This document shows positions 48,221 through 55,952 of a stretch of 64,000 bases of DNA, one piece after another. Numbering within the stretch: the first letter of the stretch is position 1; every line of letters starts with the position of its first letter. A program made the position numbers and the translations under genes. The notes under the pieces were generated by a model. It worked only from the letters and a program-made list of their open reading frames with translations, made no database searches and was not told the DNA's origin. The stretch lies in the IMG/VR virus record IMGVR_UViG_3300008516_000159; one strand, 5' to 3'. The stretch is from a virus.

Positions 48221-48436
48221 TTAAAATAATTTATCTACAAACCATTGCATATACACAAGCGAACCCGATAACAGAAAGAACGTGATCACCACTGTTGGTA
48301 TTGCGGATATGGATTTTTTTAGACCAAAAGTATCGTTAAAAAGCGTGAACACAGCGACCGCTCCAATAGCGGTTATAACTAAAGGCACTAAAAACGCTAT
48401 CATTTTTAAAAGAAAAACAATGGCCTCGATGTACAT
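48221..48436 (-). CDS. Small two-TM membrane protein
   Basis: Hydrophobic; start moved to MYIEAI. Confidence 0.5.
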   Translation of the reverse strand: MYIEAIVFLLKMIAFLVPLVITAIGAVAVFTLFNDTFGLKKSISAIPTVVITFFLLSGSLVYMQWFVDKLF

Positions 48437-48446
48437 TATAATTTCC

Positions 48447-49331
48447 TTAGAACACCAAGCTCGCCGGGTCATCCCACTCGGAATAGAGCTTGCAGTTTCT
48501 TCTCAATATGAGATATTTTATATCTTTTTTGTTTCCCTTGCTCATGCAGTCTTTATCTATCACGGTAGAAAGTCCATGAATGGAATACTTGATTGCACCA
48601 AAAGGAAGCACATTCAGAACCCGGCCTTTTTTTACAATGTACTTTTCTAGATCATCCCACCATTCATCCGACATACTGTTTTCTTCAATCCATTTGTTCT
48701 TCTCGGATTTGCCTTTGGTAGAATAGAGCTTTCTAAAAGTAATTTGATCGGCTTCGAGCTCTTTGGCTATTCTAAAATAATCTTTGAAGTCCTTGATCAT
48801 GCCAAAACCCGGCCTATTTATATTAAGGCTGAGTCTAAGATTGAACCCATGTTCTTTGATGGCTTTACATAGTCTAGGTATATTCACCTTAAGTTCTGCA
48901 GGAGAGCCATTCAGTTCGGCATTTTTGGGACTCCCAAAAGACGAAATAGACAATGAAACAGTCTTGACTCCAATTGTATTTTGCAAATATTTCATTGTGT
49001 CTTCAGTAAAATTTACGCCAGATGTTTGTATTTCTATGTTCTTGAACCTGCTTACGAGTTCGCGATTGGCTTGGGAAAATGCCTCAAGGTATAGGCGATT
49101 CATATGAGGTTCAGAACCGGTACCTGTCAAAACTAGGGTGTTGATGCCAGAGTCTCTTAGGTATTCCAACCTGTCTATAAACTCTATTTCAATCCATCTG
49201 GCATGATCATAATTACCTTTGATAAAAACATTCTTCAACATGGTACTGGAGCCACTGGCCTCAGATACGCAGAACTTACAATTATTCGGACAACCACCTG
49301 GAACATCAAGACTGGCGCTTTGAATTTGCAC
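48447..49331 (-). CDS. Radical SAM protein
   Basis: CPNNCKFC (CxxxCxxC), LTGTGSEP, EIQTSG. Confidence 0.85.
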   Translation of the reverse strand: MQIQSASLDVPGGCPNNCKFCVSEASGSSTMLKNVFIKGNYDHARWIEIEFIDRLEYLRDSGINTLVLTGTGSEPHMNRLYLEAFSQANRELVSRFKNIEIQTSGVNFTEDTMKYLQNTIGVKTVSLSISSFGSPKNAELNGSPAELKVNIPRLCKAIKEHGFNLRLSLNINRPGFGMIKDFKDYFRIAKELEADQITFRKLYSTKGKSEKNKWIEENSMSDEWWDDLEKYIVKKGRVLNVLPFGAIKYSIHGLSTVIDKDCMSKGNKKDIKYLILRRNCKLYSEWDDPASLVF

Positions 49332-49623
49332 TGGCTTTTATCCTTTTTTTTATTCTACCACGAATAAATGATTTTGTAAAGTCCTCTTCATGCTTCCAAT
49401 CAGGAAACCAATACTCGCAAATTCTTTCCTTTGGAAGCTTCATAAAGGCGTTTTGTTTCATTTTGGCTTTAGCTCCGACAGCATCATACAATCTTTCGGA
49501 GGATGCGCATAGTTTCTCACCGGTCGCGAGCGTTATTTGATTGTAGCTGCAAGTGCTGCAACTGAGATTCTGCAACAGGTACTTGGCTATCTCACTTTTT
49601 GAGAAAGTGTTTGATTCTTTCAC
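49306..49623 (-). CDS. Small Cys-containing protein (paralog of 51821)
   Basis: EIAKYLL....CSTC...CEYW. Confidence 0.6.
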   Translation of the reverse strand: MKESNTFSKSEIAKYLLQNLSCSTCSYNQITLATGEKLCASSERLYDAVGAKAKMKQNAFMKLPKERICEYWFPDWKHEEDFTKSFIRGRIKKRIKASANSKRQS

Positions 49624-49786
49624 GGTTTGTCTCGCAGGCCTCTATAAATATTGTTCGGTAATCTTTGTACGTTTCTATGAGTTCCCTATATTCCTCTACA
49701 GTCCATCCAAGATCGCTTGAATCATTCATTACTTCTCTTAGTTCACGCAAGGTGTTTGCCATAGCCCCTATTTCCTCTATTGTCAT
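49592..49786 (-). CDS. Small protein, tandem paralog
   Basis: Ends FIEACETNRERIKHFLKK. Confidence 0.6.
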   Translation of the reverse strand: MTIEEIGAMANTLRELREVMNDSSDLGWTVEEYRELIETYKDYRTIFIEACETNRERIKHFLKK

Positions 49787-49789
49787 TCG

Positions 49790-49978
49790 TTATTCCTTTT
49801 TGAGAAAGTGTTTGATTCTTTCACGGCTCACCTCGCAGGCGGTTAGAAATATGTCTTCATATTCTTCCTGGAGATCATTGGCCCTCTGCCCTGTGCGATA
49901 GGTATTGCTGTATTTTTTCACAATGACGTTTATCTGCTTTAGTACTATAGCCAGGTCTCTTAGTTCGTTTAATTTCAT
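49790..49978 (-). CDS. Small protein, tandem paralog
   Basis: Ends FLTACEVSRERIKHFLKKE. Confidence 0.6.
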   Translation of the reverse strand: MKLNELRDLAIVLKQINVIVKKYSNTYRTGQRANDLQEEYEDIFLTACEVSRERIKHFLKKE

Positions 49979-50059
49979 TTCGTATTGTATATATGTTTTA
50001 TGGTTTGGACGAAAGATAAATACGTAAACACATATATATATTGGAGCATATATATCCCT

Positions 50060-50899
50060 ATGAAAAAATTGCGTCTATTTTTCAATCCAATAAAGTTAGG
50101 CATTTTTGCTCTCGCTTTTATCGCGATATTTGTCTTTTCTACCGTCAGGATATCCAACTATTTAGCGGAAAAGAAAAGTATCACTATCGTGCAAAACGCG
50201 AAGGATGAGATACAGACTCTTGAAATACAGCTCAACGAATATAAAAAAGAATACGAAAAAGTAGTCAATATAAGGGACAAATATCGTTCCTCTATAAAAG
50301 AAATAGTTGACCTGTTGTATAACAAGGATTCCCACCTTGGTGTGGGTATGCCTGAATATAGCGAGATAACCGAAACTGATGAGATAACCTTGCTTACGAT
50401 CCGCAATATGGTCGCCGGTATGCAAGACGATCAAAGGCTGTTGACTGAAGTGAAAAACTATCTGACGGCTCGGCAAAAGTTTATCGATAGTTTTCCATTT
50501 ACCTGGCCTGTCGCGCGCGATGGAGCGTTGGATATATCATCCAGTTTCGGTTTTCGCAAAGATGCATTCGGGAAGGACACCATAAACTTTCATAGTGGTA
50601 TAGATATAGGTGGTGAAAAAGGGGAGTCTGTTATAGCGACAGCCGACGGTGTCGTCAAAACGACATATATGGGCACATTATCAGGAAAACTGATAATACT
50701 AGAACACGACAATGGGTTTGAAACAGTATATGGGCACTTGCACACGATCGACGTTAGGAGAGGGCAGAAAGTAAAACGAGGTCAGAAAATAGGCACGATG
50801 GGTTCAACAGGCCTTTCTACTGACGATCATCTTCACTACGAAGTGAGGTTGAATGGTGTGGCCATAGATCCAATGAACTTGTTAGGAATAAATTACTAA
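50060..50899 (+). CDS. Membrane-anchored M23 family metallopeptidase
   Basis: N-terminal TM, coiled coil, WPV...ISSSFG.R, HSGID (HxxxD), YGHL, STDDHLHYEV (HxH). Confidence 0.9.
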   Translation: MKKLRLFFNPIKLGIFALAFIAIFVFSTVRISNYLAEKKSITIVQNAKDEIQTLEIQLNEYKKEYEKVVNIRDKYRSSIKEIVDLLYNKDSHLGVGMPEYSEITETDEITLLTIRNMVAGMQDDQRLLTEVKNYLTARQKFIDSFPFTWPVARDGALDISSSFGFRKDAFGKDTINFHSGIDIGGEKGESVIATADGVVKTTYMGTLSGKLIILEHDNGFETVYGHLHTIDVRRGQKVKRGQKIGTMGSTGLSTDDHLHYEVRLNGVAIDPMNLLGINY

Positions 50900-50920
50900 T
50901 ACTATATTTTAGGAGATAAA

Positions 50921-51820
50921 ATGGCAGAGCAGGAGCAGCAAAAGAAGAACCTGGACGTAGCCAAAATAAAAAGAGAGGTTATTGCTCAGGTCAAAAACGA
51001 ACTCACCAAAGATGTTATTATCAATAAGGTTTTTCAACAAACCGAAGACGTCAAGAAATCCAACATGATGTTCAAACTCTCTCTTATAGGTGCCGCGGTG
51101 GTGTTTGCTATCGCGATGATTTTTGGCTTCCATATGATGAGGAACACAATAAACGACATGTATACCACATACATTAAGAACACCGAGGAAATTATAATAG
51201 CCAAGTCCGACCTAGAGCTGGCGAACTCTTGGGAACGGTTGCCCGTACAACAGCGCAAAGAAAGACTAAGAAATCAATATTTTCAGATTGTGCGTTATTA
51301 TACTAACGCTGTTCCAGAAGAGCAAAAAATGTCTAATGAACAGATAACCGATTCGTTTAATAAAATATGGACATGCTCCCAGGAAATTCCCTCGATAAAC
51401 TTTTTTATGCCTGTGGCTTATATGAAAGTAGCTACAAATTTTAATCCTGTGTATAACGCAAAGTATAAAATTGGCATTGCCAGTATGTTTAGAAAAACAG
51501 GCGAGGCTGCGGCCAATCTGGCTTTGGTGAAGCATAACAAGGCGTTTTTTGTGGAGTTCAAGGGACCACGGACGCTAACCAATCCAGTAGAGGCGATAAC
51601 CTTGTTGATTGCCCGCATGGACGATCTCATGACTACATTCAACAACAGAGAGGATTGGATATTCTTGGCATTGTTCACTAACGAGTACACCGTAATCGAA
51701 AAGCATTGGGATGGTGGTAAGGGCAAGATCCCCGACAGCCTTTATGAGAGTGGAGATTTAGCAGAGGTTTTAAAATACTATCATGCTTTCAAAAACTGGC
51801 AAATACCTGCGGTAGAGTGA
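50921..51820 (+). CDS. Membrane-anchored protein with degenerate SLT-like domain
   Basis: VAYMKVATNFNP...IGIASM..KT aligns by eye with xESxFNP...GLMQ.MP.T. Confidence 0.5.
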   Translation: MAEQEQQKKNLDVAKIKREVIAQVKNELTKDVIINKVFQQTEDVKKSNMMFKLSLIGAAVVFAIAMIFGFHMMRNTINDMYTTYIKNTEEIIIAKSDLELANSWERLPVQQRKERLRNQYFQIVRYYTNAVPEEQKMSNEQITDSFNKIWTCSQEIPSINFFMPVAYMKVATNFNPVYNAKYKIGIASMFRKTGEAAANLALVKHNKAFFVEFKGPRTLTNPVEAITLLIARMDDLMTTFNNREDWIFLALFTNEYTVIEKHWDGGKGKIPDSLYESGDLAEVLKYYHAFKNWQIPAVE

Positions 51821-52015
51821 TCACTTTGTCAACTCTCCGATTTCTTCTTTTGTGACAAAATGTTCTCTGTCTACCCATTTCTCGCATGTATCATTTGGAC
51901 CGGGTTTTTTACCAAATAGCCTTTCGTTAGCATAGCATGTTTTTGTTATATAAAAGTGGCATGTACTGCAGGTGATTCCAGTGAGAAGGATCTTTGCTAG
52001 TTCTTTTTTATCCAT
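51821..52015 (-). CDS. Small Cys-containing protein (paralog of 49306)
   Basis: ELAKILL....CSTC...CEKW. Confidence 0.6.
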   Translation of the reverse strand: MDKKELAKILLTGITCSTCHFYITKTCYANERLFGKKPGPNDTCEKWVDREHFVTKEEIGELTK

Positions 52016-52158
52016 ATAATCTTTTCAATTGAGTTATCTTGCTTTTTGGCCATCTTTTTCATTTCAGTTAAACCAAAAGGTAGATTATCTTCCAGCTTGA
52101 ACACTTCTAGGTTCTGCGTTCCGTCTTTATGTACGACGATAGCGTAAGCTTTTCTCAT
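51997..52158 (-). CDS. 53-aa hypothetical protein (not in ORF track)
   Basis: Hand translation MRKAYAIVVHKDGTQNLEVFKLEDNLPFGLTEMKKMAKKQDNSIEKIIWIKKN; overlaps both neighbours. Confidence 0.55.
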   Translation of the reverse strand: MRKAYAIVVHKDGTQNLEVFKLEDNLPFGLTEMKKMAKKQDNSIEKIIWIKKN

Positions 52159-52415
52159 TTATTACCTTCGGAGTATTTCATCTTCAAAAGGATCTTGATC
52201 ACACCGTCGTAATCTTGAGTAGAACCAAAAGCCTCGAAAGGCCTGCCTGTCTTGGTCATGATGGTGAACCGGCCCATTGTGACGCCGTCTAATCTTTCTT
52301 GGGCATGTTCAAATGGACCTACCTCATAAATGTCGGTGTCCTTTAAACTATACTCTTTGAAAGAACCATATTCTTGAAGAACGATCACGGCTCCTGTTTG
52401 AGTAGTTCTGATCAT
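52155..52415 (-). CDS. Hypothetical protein
   Basis: AGAGGGG RBS. Confidence 0.6.
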   Translation of the reverse strand: MIRTTQTGAVIVLQEYGSFKEYSLKDTDIYEVGPFEHAQERLDGVTMGRFTIMTKTGRPFEAFGSTQDYDGVIKILLKMKYSEGNK

Positions 52416-52427
52416 CTCAATCCCCTC

Positions 52428-53552
52428 TTATTTGGCTTTGAAGTTATAAACTGGTTTTATTATATCTTCTACCTCAACAGTTTCCTTGAGGTATTCTATA
52501 ATCTCGTTAGGATCCTTGTAAGCATCAGGGGCTTCGTCGAGAGTTGCGTTGGACAAGGACCAGGTTTGTACATCTTTCATTTGTTCTTTTACGTCTTCAA
52601 GTTTCAACTCTTCCTTGGCCTTTCTACGAGACATCTTTCTACCAGCGCCATGAGGAGCCGACTGGTTCCAATCATCATTTCCCTTGCCGTGGCCAATAAC
52701 ATTACCAAAAGCCATGTGCATAGGGATTATGACTCTTTCATTCTTGTGGGCAGATATAGCTCCCTTGCGAATAATCTTGTCGCCAAAGCTGATGTAGTTG
52801 TGAACAGATTCTATGCTTTCAAGCTTATCTACGTTGAGCTTGAAATATTTTTCTATGATGTAGTAGCCCATAACCTTGCGGTTGAGATGAGCATATATCT
52901 GAGCCAGGTTCATATCCTCGAGATATCTGCAAGCCGCATCGCCTTCAAGATACTCAAGTCCACCCATTTTACCTACCTTTGCGATGGCTTTCTTTTGATG
53001 CCAGTTTGCAACTTTGAGTCCAAAGTTTCTTGAGCCAGAGTGAATAGCAAGCCAACACTCGCCGTTTCCATCTTTGCCTATCTCAATAAAGTGGTTTCCA
53101 CCACCGAGACTTCCTATAGAATATAACACTCTGTCGTGATTTTGTTCGGTTCTGTCTGAGAGAGCCTCTATCTGTTCTAAGAAAGATTTAGTTATTCTGA
53201 ACTTGTCGTTCTTGAAGTTTATTTTCTCAGCTCTTACGGAGAAACCAGAAGGAATAACGTGCCGTATGAACTTTTCAAGATTATTGAAATCTTCGTCAAC
53301 ATTACCGAGTTTCCATGAGCAAACGCCGCAACCAATATCAACGCCGACAACGTTCGGAATCACTTTGTTTCCGAGAGGCGCGGTAAAACCTATGACCGCT
53401 CCTGCTCCGGCGTGTACGTCAGGCATTATTGCGATGTTGCCGTGTTGGAAAGCTTCGTGGTTGAGAAAGGTTATAATCTGTCCAACAGCGGTTTCCTCTA
53501 CAAAATCGTTGTAGACTTTTGCTGAGTTGTATTTTCCTCTAAGTTCTATCAT
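52428..53552 (-). CDS. rtcB: RtcB RNA ligase
   Basis: MPDVHAG, VGVDIGCG, SLGGGNHFIE, HSGSRNFG, HNY, RKGA, HGAGR.MSR, DEAP.AYK. Confidence 0.95.
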   Translation of the reverse strand: MIELRGKYNSAKVYNDFVEETAVGQIITFLNHEAFQHGNIAIMPDVHAGAGAVIGFTAPLGNKVIPNVVGVDIGCGVCSWKLGNVDEDFNNLEKFIRHVIPSGFSVRAEKINFKNDKFRITKSFLEQIEALSDRTEQNHDRVLYSIGSLGGGNHFIEIGKDGNGECWLAIHSGSRNFGLKVANWHQKKAIAKVGKMGGLEYLEGDAACRYLEDMNLAQIYAHLNRKVMGYYIIEKYFKLNVDKLESIESVHNYISFGDKIIRKGAISAHKNERVIIPMHMAFGNVIGHGKGNDDWNQSAPHGAGRKMSRRKAKEELKLEDVKEQMKDVQTWSLSNATLDEAPDAYKDPNEIIEYLKETVEVEDIIKPVYNFKAK

Positions 53553-53570
53553 AACTCACTCCTGTTATAT

Positions 53571-53599
53571 AATATAACACGGTTTTATGGGATTGTAAA
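53571..53599 (-). promoter_or_regulatory. Sigma70-type early promoter for rtcB
   Basis: TTTACA-N17-TATATT with TGn. Confidence 0.7.
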
Positions 53600-53602
53600 G
53601 GA

Positions 53603-54013
53603 CTATGTGCCGAGCTGACCGTCCGGGTATATTATGCGAACATCTTTATTTTGCCGTCTAGCATATCTTACCGTCATCCAGGTGCCGCTTCTTAGTTCTT
53701 CTTTGTTTCCTTTAGGACAGGCAAGTAAGATTTCTGTAGCATCAACAATATCTCGGTTTCTAACCCAATACTCCTTGTCTTTGTATATCTTTGCGGCTCC
53801 CTTTGAGTATGCACACAACACCTTTTTTATGGGAGGGTGCTTATGCACCGGTATACCTAAATGTACCAAAGCTATAATATGCGCCTGGGCATCAGCACCG
53901 ACGCAATCTCCGTGATGGAACTCCTCAGGGTCCAGCTCGCTAAGAATCGCCTCGACAATCTTGCGTTGTTTAACAGTCATGCCGATTTTTGTTCCAGTAA
54001 ATCCTACCTTCAT
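53603..54013 (-). CDS. SLOG/DprA-like family protein
   Basis: VGFTG, HHGDCVGAD..AH, RNRDIV, LRSGTW.TVRYAR. Confidence 0.75.
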   Translation of the reverse strand: MKVGFTGTKIGMTVKQRKIVEAILSELDPEEFHHGDCVGADAQAHIIALVHLGIPVHKHPPIKKVLCAYSKGAAKIYKDKEYWVRNRDIVDATEILLACPKGNKEELRSGTWMTVRYARRQNKDVRIIYPDGQLGT

Positions 54014-54063
54014 GATAATCTCCTATATGTAACATATTATATATATGTAAAGTGGTAAAGCAT

Positions 54064-54091
54064 AAAAAAACCGGGTTCGGATGAACCCGGT
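54064..54091 (-). terminator. Rho-independent terminator ending the putative sRNA
   Basis: ACCGGGTTC-ATCC-GAACCCGG-T7 on minus strand. Confidence 0.85.
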
Positions 54092-54178
54092 CTAAACTGG
54101 TTTTTTAAGGAGGGTATTTTACCAGTTTACTCAACGTGCGGTTGAGTTGTGATTTAAATATTCATCCTCAATAAGATT
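54064..54178 (-). ncRNA. Putative ~115-nt trans-acting sRNA antisense to the major capsid protein RBS
   Basis: Own promoter and terminator; no meaningful ORF; hairpin loop AAAAUACCCUCCUUAAAAA complementary to 32013-32028. Confidence 0.7.
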
Positions 54179-54184
54179 ACCTGT

Positions 54185-54213
54185 ATAATAACACATATTA
54201 CTAATATTGTAAA
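54185..54213 (-). promoter_or_regulatory. Sigma70-type early promoter for putative sRNA
   Basis: TTTACA-atattagtaatatgtgt(17)-TATTAT with TGn. Confidence 0.75.
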
Positions 54214-54251
54214 GATAAAGATATATAGCTATATATGCGTCGAGAAAAACA

Positions 54252-54524
54252 ATGTCTATCCCCAATCTAGTGTTTGGCCAGTTTTTATTAGAGTTTGACA
54301 AACTCGCGCCCGAAATACTGCACAAGGCCTTGGCTATACAAGCCAAGGAGCGCAGTGCTCGTCTCAGAACAAGCCACCGTCTTTTGGGACAGATTCTACT
54401 AGAAGATTTCAAAGTGTTTAAGAATAGAGTAGAGTTGGAACACTATCTCGTAAAGTTCAAAGAATATAATAGTTATGTTGAAAATCTTTATGGCGATCTA
54501 AAAATCATACCGAAGAGAAGCTAA
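54252..54524 (+). CDS. Stand-alone MshEN-like protein
   Basis: FGQFLLEFDKLAPEILHKALAIQ and RLLGQILLE match the spacing of RLGxxLLxxGLIxxxxLxxxLxxQ. Confidence 0.55.
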   Translation: MSIPNLVFGQFLLEFDKLAPEILHKALAIQAKERSARLRTSHRLLGQILLEDFKVFKNRVELEHYLVKFKEYNSYVENLYGDLKIIPKRS

Positions 54525-54773
54525 ATGTGGTATAAAGAAATGATAGGCGAGGTACCTGTATACTGGTTTTTGATGTCGGGAGGTCCTGATCTCTTTTATG
54601 GAATAGTCGCTCAAGAAGGAACTATCTACTCCGGCACAATACGAAGCTCTTTACGTGCCAAGGTAAAATCAGGTCAGGTTTGTGTAAAACCTTTTAATTT
54701 CAAATTGGATGACGCCGAAGACAAGAAGAAAACCATAAAGGAAGTATTTACTAAGTGGGTAACAAATAAATGA
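54525..54773 (+). CDS. Small protein, C-terminal helix family
   Basis: Ends KKKTIKEVFTKW. Confidence 0.6.
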   Translation: MWYKEMIGEVPVYWFLMSGGPDLFYGIVAQEGTIYSGTIRSSLRAKVKSGQVCVKPFNFKLDDAEDKKKTIKEVFTKWVTNK

Positions 54774-55075
54774 AGCTGAACGATCTTATAACCGAAAGCA
54801 TCTTGGACTTGGGAAAATGGCATGCCGAAGAAAGTTCTCGGTGGTCGATGACTTACTGGTATTTCATAGATATACAACATACAAATAGCACGATGGGGAT
54901 ATACACACATGACGGATATATATATGTTGGTCTATTAAGCGATCGTCATTTAAAGAGAGTTGCGGGTCGCTCCAAGACGCTCATTAAACCTCCATTGATC
55001 AAACTCAAACATCATGTAGAAAAGAAAGAGACCATTAGTAAAATATTTTCACCATATGGCATAAGGCGTTCCTAA
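54770..55075 (+). CDS. Small protein with both CTS-like N-terminus and C-terminal helix
   Basis: MKLNDLITE|S; ends KKETISKIFSPY. Confidence 0.6.
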   Translation: MKLNDLITESILDLGKWHAEESSRWSMTYWYFIDIQHTNSTMGIYTHDGYIYVGLLSDRHLKRVAGRSKTLIKPPLIKLKHHVEKKETISKIFSPYGIRRS

Positions 55076-55926
55076 TGAAACTAAACAACTTTTTCAATGA
55101 CATAAACGAGAGCGTGTTAGACCCCATACACGAAGATTTATCCAAAGACATATGGACAAAAACCAGACGGCTAAAGCCCGATGTTAGAAACCACATATTA
55201 AGCGCTCTAAAAATATGGCTTTCTTTGTATACCAACGAGGAGCCCAAGAATGTCTATCTAGCCGGCAGTATGACCGGCTACCAGTATACCAGCTATTCTG
55301 ATATAGATGTTAATGTTGTAATAGATCTTCCAGACGATAAAATCAAGGCCATGTCTAAGCTACTTCCAAATGGAAATAATCTTCCAAAAACAGAACATCC
55401 AGTAAATTATTATATAGCCAACAAGTTCCAACTCGAAGAGGCCGGTTCTTTATATGACATAGTGGACGATAAGTGGAAAGTAAAGCCAGAGAAAAAGGAC
55501 GTCAACGTTCACCACAAGGCTGTTTTGGAAATCACTATTTCATGGATGCGCAAAATAGATTTAGATGTAAATGAACTCAAGCGCGATGTGATGGAATATA
55601 AGCTATACGAAGATTATCTTACTCAGCAGGATCTAGAGATAGATGTAGATGAAGTGAAGCAATACCTACAACTCAAAGAAATCGAAATCAAGGCCGACAT
55701 AGACACCATTCATATTACATACCATATGATCAAACAGTTCAGAAAAGAGGCCTTTAAAGAAAAAGAATTCAAATCCAGCTTCCTAACGCAGGTAAATGCG
55801 ATAAATGCCAATTACGCTATCAACAATTTAGTATACAAGACGCTGGAAAGGTTTGGCTATTTGGATATACTACATAAATATGCCGGCATGGAATTTGAGG
55901 ACGCGCTTAAATTAAAGGCGAATTAA
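55075..55926 (+). CDS. Pol-beta-superfamily nucleotidyltransferase with CTS-like N-terminus
   Basis: VYLAGSMTGYQYTSYSDIDVNV (hGS-x-DhD); MKLNNFFNDINE|S. Confidence 0.8.
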   Translation: MKLNNFFNDINESVLDPIHEDLSKDIWTKTRRLKPDVRNHILSALKIWLSLYTNEEPKNVYLAGSMTGYQYTSYSDIDVNVVIDLPDDKIKAMSKLLPNGNNLPKTEHPVNYYIANKFQLEEAGSLYDIVDDKWKVKPEKKDVNVHHKAVLEITISWMRKIDLDVNELKRDVMEYKLYEDYLTQQDLEIDVDEVKQYLQLKEIEIKADIDTIHITYHMIKQFRKEAFKEKEFKSSFLTQVNAINANYAINNLVYKTLERFGYLDILHKYAGMEFEDALKLKAN

Positions 55927-55952
55927 CAAAGATAATAAAACAGGAGAACACA

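Noticed and set aside
52374-53514. Long plus-strand ORFs (52374-53033, 53203-53514) antisense to rtcB, and similar shadow ORFs elsewhere
   Set aside because: They overlap well-supported opposite-strand genes and have no RBS or motifs
54101-54145. Plus-strand gene using AAGGAGG at 54107
   Set aside because: Nearest start codon (GTG 54136) is about 20 nt away and opens only 12 codons
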